Assembly: GCA_036394255.1 (NCBI GenBank)
Contig: DASWFL010000048.1
Coordinates: forward strand, 1-30,341
Origin: Steroidobacteraceae bacterium
GTDB taxonomy: Bacteria; Pseudomonadota; Gammaproteobacteria; Steroidobacterales; Steroidobacteraceae
DNA length: 30,341 nt
Direction: 5' to 3'
The position numbers and the translations under genes were made by a program. Under the pieces are notes generated by a model. The model saw only the letters and a list, made by a program, of their open reading frames with translations, did no database searches and was not told the DNA's origin. Positions 26,774 through 30,341 of this stretch are shown here, piece by piece; positions within the stretch are counted from its first letter, which is position 1, and each line of letters starts with the position of its first letter.

Positions 26774-28110
26774 GAGCGCACCCGCGCCGTCTTGCCGAGG
26801 CTGACGGTTAACTCGCCCAGCAGCCGGTCCAGCAGATCCAACGCATCGGCGAGTTCGCGCTCCTCGATGACCAGCGGCGGCGCGAGCAGAATGAGATTGC
26901 CACGCGCGGCGAAGGAGACTCCGGATTGCAGCCCCGCCTGCAGCAAGTCCTGCAGGACCTGGTGCAGTACCGGCCAGGGCGACAGCGGTACGCGACTGGT
27001 GCGATCGCTGACCAGTTCGATCACCGCGAACAGGCCGCGGCCGCCGCGCACGTCGCCGATGACGCTGTGACGCACCTGCATCTGCCGGACGCGCTCAAGC
27101 ATCGCGGCGCCCAGGCGGCGTGAGCGTGCGATCAGGTCTTCTTCCTGGTAACTCTCGATTGCGGCCACACCCGCGGCGCAGGAGAGCGGGTGCCCGCAAT
27201 AGGTGAGGCCGGTCAGCAGCAGCTGCGGCTCGAGCCGCCGCGCAATGGCGCCCGACACGACCACGGCCCCGAGCGGCAGATATGCGCCCGTGAGTCCCTT
27301 GGCGAGGGTCATCAGATCCGGCCGTCCCTCCTCTCCGAAGCGCTGCCACGCGAACCACTCGCCACAGCGGCCAAAGCCGCTCATGATTTCATCAGCGATT
27401 AGATAGACCGCGCGCTCCTTCGTCTTGCGCCGCAAGGCGGGCCAGTAGCTGTCGGGCGCCACGATGCCGTTGGTGCCGGCGTCAGGCTCCATCATCACCG
27501 CCGCAACTGCTGCGGTGCCCTGCTCATCGATGGCACTGGCGACGCAATCGGCCGCTGCTTCCCCACAGGCGCTGTCCGTACTTGTGCCAAAGGGACAGCG
27601 ATAGGCGTACGGCGGCGGCACGTGAATCACGCGAAAGGCCGCCGGATCAAGCTGCGTCGCGGTGCGCGCATCGCCCGAGAGCGCCATGGTCGCGTAGCTC
27701 GCGCCGTGGTAGGAGCGATCACGCGTGACGATCCAGCCTTGCGCCTTGCCGCTCGCCTGGCGCGCGAATTTGACGGCGTGCTCGTTCGCATCCGCGCCGC
27801 CGAGCGTAAAGTAGACCCGCCCGTCCACGAATCCGGATTTCTCGAGCAGCAATTCCGCCAGCCGCGCCCGCGGTTCGGCGCCCCAGGCGCTGGTGACGAA
27901 GCACAGCTGTTGCGCCTGCGCGCGGATCGCCTCGACGACACGCGGATGCTGGTGGCCGAGATTGCTGCATTCGGCCAGGCTGCTCAGGTCCAGGATCGAG
28001 CGGCCATCGGCGGTGTGCAGCCGGGCGCCGGCGCCGCCGATGATGGTCGGTGCGTTCCATTCAGTCTGCCGGCACCAGCTGTGCAGTACCGTGTGTGTCT
28101 CGGGGCGCAT
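26770..28110 (-). CDS. Class III PLP aminotransferase (omega-amine/taurine/beta-alanine-type)
   Basis: Likely start MRPETHTVLHSW. LGHQHP, SYHGAS, LIADEIMSGFGRCG, DLMTLAKG (PLP Lys), GLTYCGHP. ATGA overlap with the ALDH gene. Confidence 0.9.
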   Translation of the reverse strand: MRPETHTVLHSWCRQTEWNAPTIIGGAGARLHTADGRSILDLSSLAECSNLGHQHPRVVEAIRAQAQQLCFVTSAWGAEPRARLAELLLEKSGFVDGRVYFTLGGADANEHAVKFARQASGKAQGWIVTRDRSYHGASYATMALSGDARTATQLDPAAFRVIHVPPPYAYRCPFGTSTDSACGEAAADCVASAIDEQGTAAVAAVMMEPDAGTNGIVAPDSYWPALRRKTKERAVYLIADEIMSGFGRCGEWFAWQRFGEEGRPDLMTLAKGLTGAYLPLGAVVVSGAIARRLEPQLLLTGLTYCGHPLSCAAGVAAIESYQEEDLIARSRRLGAAMLERVRQMQVRHSVIGDVRGGRGLFAVIELVSDRTSRVPLSPWPVLHQVLQDLLQAGLQSGVSFAARGNLILLAPPLVIEERELADALDLLDRLLGELTVSLGKTARVRS

Positions 28111-28199
28111 GGCACTGGTTTTAATGTATTGGCGCGCACCCATCATTGCATACGGCCGCATGTATTGCGAAAGGCGCAGGAAGCCTCTACGCTCATTCG

Positions 28200-30341
28200 G
28201 TGAGAGTCATCCTCGCTGCGGCGCTCCTGTGCGCTTCCGTCCCGCTGGTGGCTCAGGCCGGCAAGGAACCCGCGCCGCTGGTGCCGATCCTGGGCTTTGC
28301 GCCAGCGCACGCTGCAGCGGAACACCGCATCGAGAGCGCATTCCAGTCTCTGCCTTCGCCGGCACGGGCGCGGGAGTGGCACCGCATTTTCTCGGCGCAA
28401 CCGCATCCGGCGGCCTCCGCGCGCAACAATGAACTGGCGCGAATCGTGGCCCGCGAGTGGCGCAGGCAGGGGTGGGATAACGTCGCGCTGCGGCGCTACG
28501 AGGTGCTGCACTCGAGCCCGCGCAGCGTATCGCTCGAGATGACAGCGCCCCGGCACTATCAGGCGTCGCTCCGGGAAGACGCGTACGAGGTCGATCCCGC
28601 CACCGGCAATCCGGCCAATGACGGAGCGTATTTCGGATATTCCGCTTCCGGGGACGTCACCGCCGAGCTCGTGTACGCGCACAGCGGCAATCCGGAAGAC
28701 TACGAGGTGCTCAAACGCAACGGCATCAGCGTCAAGGGCAAGATCGTCATCGTGCGCTATTCGAATCCCTACAGCTATCGGGGCTTCAAGGCGCTGACGG
28801 CCGAGCGGGAAGGCGCGGCGGCGCTGCTCATTTATTCAGACCCGGCCGAGGACGGCTATACGAAAGGCAAGGTCTTCCCGGACGGACCCTGGGGCCCGGA
28901 GAGCCACATCCAGCATGGCGCGATCACCTACGACTACATCGTTCCCGGCGATCCGACGACGCCAGGTTGGCCATCGGTCGCCGGTGCCAAGCGCATACCG
29001 CTGGCGGAAGCCCGATCGCTCCCGAAGATCATCGCCCTGCCGCTGTCCTGGCGGGACGCGAAGCCGCTGCTCGAGAACATGAGCGGACCCGAAGTCCTGC
29101 CGGAATGGGGCGGTGCACTCCCGATCACCTATCGCTACACCGGCGGCGTTTCGGTGCACGTGCACGTGGACATGGACACCAGCATCAAGCCCTATACCGT
29201 CGTCGAGGCGCGCATCCGCGGCAGCGAGCTGCCCGATGAGTGGGTACTCATCGGCAATCATCGTGATGCCTGGGTGGACGGTGGCGTGGATCCCGTGAGC
29301 GGCACCGCCTCCATGCTGGAGTTGACGCGCTCCCTGGGGCAGCTCAAGAAGAACGGTCACCGGCCACGACGGACGCTGGTGGTCTGCAGCTGGGATGGCG
29401 AAGAGTACGCGCTCACTGGTTCGACGGAATGGGGCGAGCAATTTGAGGAGCAGCTGCAGCACAAGCTCGTCGCCTATCTGAACGTCGACGAAGCGGTCGC
29501 GGGCGCGGCCACCACGGCCGGACCCGAGGGCCTGCGCTTTGATTCATCGGCCGTAGCCTCCCTCTCGCCGATGCTCATCGAGGCGTCCAAGGAGGTACGC
29601 GCGCCTTCCGGGAAATCGCTGTACGAGGCCTGGCGGGTGACGATGGAGCGCGACAAGAAGACCCCCGCGCCCCCGGCAGATGCCGAACTGGCCAATCCGC
29701 GCATTGGCAGTGGTTCGGACCACACGGTGTTCCTCAACCACCTGGGCCGGCCCGTCATCAATCTGGGATTCGTCGGTGACTATGGCGTCTACCACAGCAG
29801 CTACGACGATCACTACTGGATGACGCAGATCGGTGATCCACGCTTTGAATACCACGTCGCACTGACCCAGATCTGGGGATTGACGGCACTGCGGCTGGCC
29901 AATGCCGATCTGCTCCCCTTCGACTTCGAGGCGAACGCGGCGGCCCTCGAGACCTTCCTACTGGAGCTCGAGCACAACAGCAGGATCGATCCGCAGCAGT
30001 TGCAGTTGACTGTGCTGCACCAGCGCATCGCCGAGTTCCGCGCAGCGGGCCACGCCCTGCACGAGCGAACGATGGGCGACCTGGCAGCCGACCACGGCAG
30101 CACGCGCCGGCTGCAGGGTCTGAATGCCCAACTCCTGCAGGTGGAGTCCAACTGGCTGGATCCGGCCGGCATACCCGGTCGGCCCTGGTTTCGCCACCTG
30201 CTCTATGCGGCCCGCTACAACTATGATCACCTGGAGTTTCCGGGCCTCACCGAAGCGGTGGAACAGGCGGACTGGAGACTCGCGACAGATCAGGCGCAGA
30301 AGCTCGAGGCGGCCCTGGTGAAGAACACCCATCTGCTGCAG
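28200..30341 (+). CDS. M28B metallopeptidase, glutamate carboxypeptidase II / PSMA-like (PA and TfR-dimer domains), 3'-truncated by the window
   Basis: Read by hand because the ORF track misses it (no stop): GTG at 28200, signal peptide, open for 714 codons to the window end. KGKIVIVRY, GDPTTPG, GNHRDAW, VDPVSG, SWDGEEY, YLNVD, GSGSDH, YHSSYD and WFRHLLYA motifs. Confidence 0.92.
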   Translation, partial: MRVILAAALLCASVPLVAQAGKEPAPLVPILGFAPAHAAAEHRIESAFQSLPSPARAREWHRIFSAQPHPAASARNNELARIVAREWRRQGWDNVALRRYEVLHSSPRSVSLEMTAPRHYQASLREDAYEVDPATGNPANDGAYFGYSASGDVTAELVYAHSGNPEDYEVLKRNGISVKGKIVIVRYSNPYSYRGFKALTAEREGAAALLIYSDPAEDGYTKGKVFPDGPWGPESHIQHGAITYDYIVPGDPTTPGWPSVAGAKRIPLAEARSLPKIIALPLSWRDAKPLLENMSGPEVLPEWGGALPITYRYTGGVSVHVHVDMDTSIKPYTVVEARIRGSELPDEWVLIGNHRDAWVDGGVDPVSGTASMLELTRSLGQLKKNGHRPRRTLVVCSWDGEEYALTGSTEWGEQFEEQLQHKLVAYLNVDEAVAGAATTAGPEGLRFDSSAVASLSPMLIEASKEVRAPSGKSLYEAWRVTMERDKKTPAPPADAELANPRIGSGSDHTVFLNHLGRPVINLGFVGDYGVYHSSYDDHYWMTQIGDPRFEYHVALTQIWGLTALRLANADLLPFDFEANAAALETFLLELEHNSRIDPQQLQLTVLHQRIAEFRAAGHALHERTMGDLAADHGSTRRLQGLNAQLLQVESNWLDPAGIPGRPWFRHLLYAARYNYDHLEFPGLTEAVEQADWRLATDQAQKLEAALVKNTHLLQ

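Noticed and set aside
28110-28150. TGGCAC/TGGCGC...TTGCA as a sigma54 promoter
   Set aside because: The GG-to-GC spacing is not the required 10 nt.
28836-30332. Several short minus-strand ORFs given by the track in the last 2 kb
   Set aside because: Explained as shadows of the plus-strand M28 peptidase that the track omitted.
1-30341. Genome-wide TAG recoding or pyrrolysine usage as an explanation for the permease stop
   Set aside because: At least six genes here end in TAG at their expected C-termini, only one internal TAG was found, and no pyl genes or tRNA are present in the window.
1-30341. CRISPR array, tRNA, rRNA, IS element or integrase
   Set aside because: No regularly spaced repeats, cloverleaf-like sequence, rRNA-like sequence or transposase/recombinase motifs were seen by eye.

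Overview
GC-rich bacterial window, by gene content a diderm, probably a soil-type proteobacterium (inference). 1-10451, minus strand: a carbohydrate-uptake locus of LacI regulator, TonB-dependent receptor, flavin-dependent (Trp-type) halogenase, Tat-lipoprotein GH144-like beta-1,2-glucanase, and ABC binding protein plus two permeases. It has a clear sigma70 promoter and two LacI-type operators, and the last permease is interrupted by an in-frame TAG. 10649-19949: a set of signal-peptide-bearing glycosidases (GH39, an uncharacterised GH125/GH15-like (alpha/alpha)6 enzyme, GH31, a fungal-like GH15 glucoamylase), interrupted by a lower-GC diheme cytochrome c gene and a DsbA-family gene. 20027-23844: alkaline-phosphatase-family gene, HMG-CoA-synthase-like/DUF35 fusion and SCP2-type thiolase. 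23865-28110: class III aminotransferase / aldehyde dehydrogenase / class III aminotransferase operon. 28200-end: a GCPII/PSMA-like M28 peptidase that runs off the window and is absent from the ORF track. No rRNA, tRNA, CRISPR array, transposase or integrase was recognised. All family calls come from motif recognition by eye, with no database search. I did not find a clearly novel system; the best leads are the amber-interrupted permease, the halogenase embedded in a glucan-uptake operon, the PhlABC-like acyltransferase pair, the fungal-type glucoamylase and a possible inserted cytochrome cassette.
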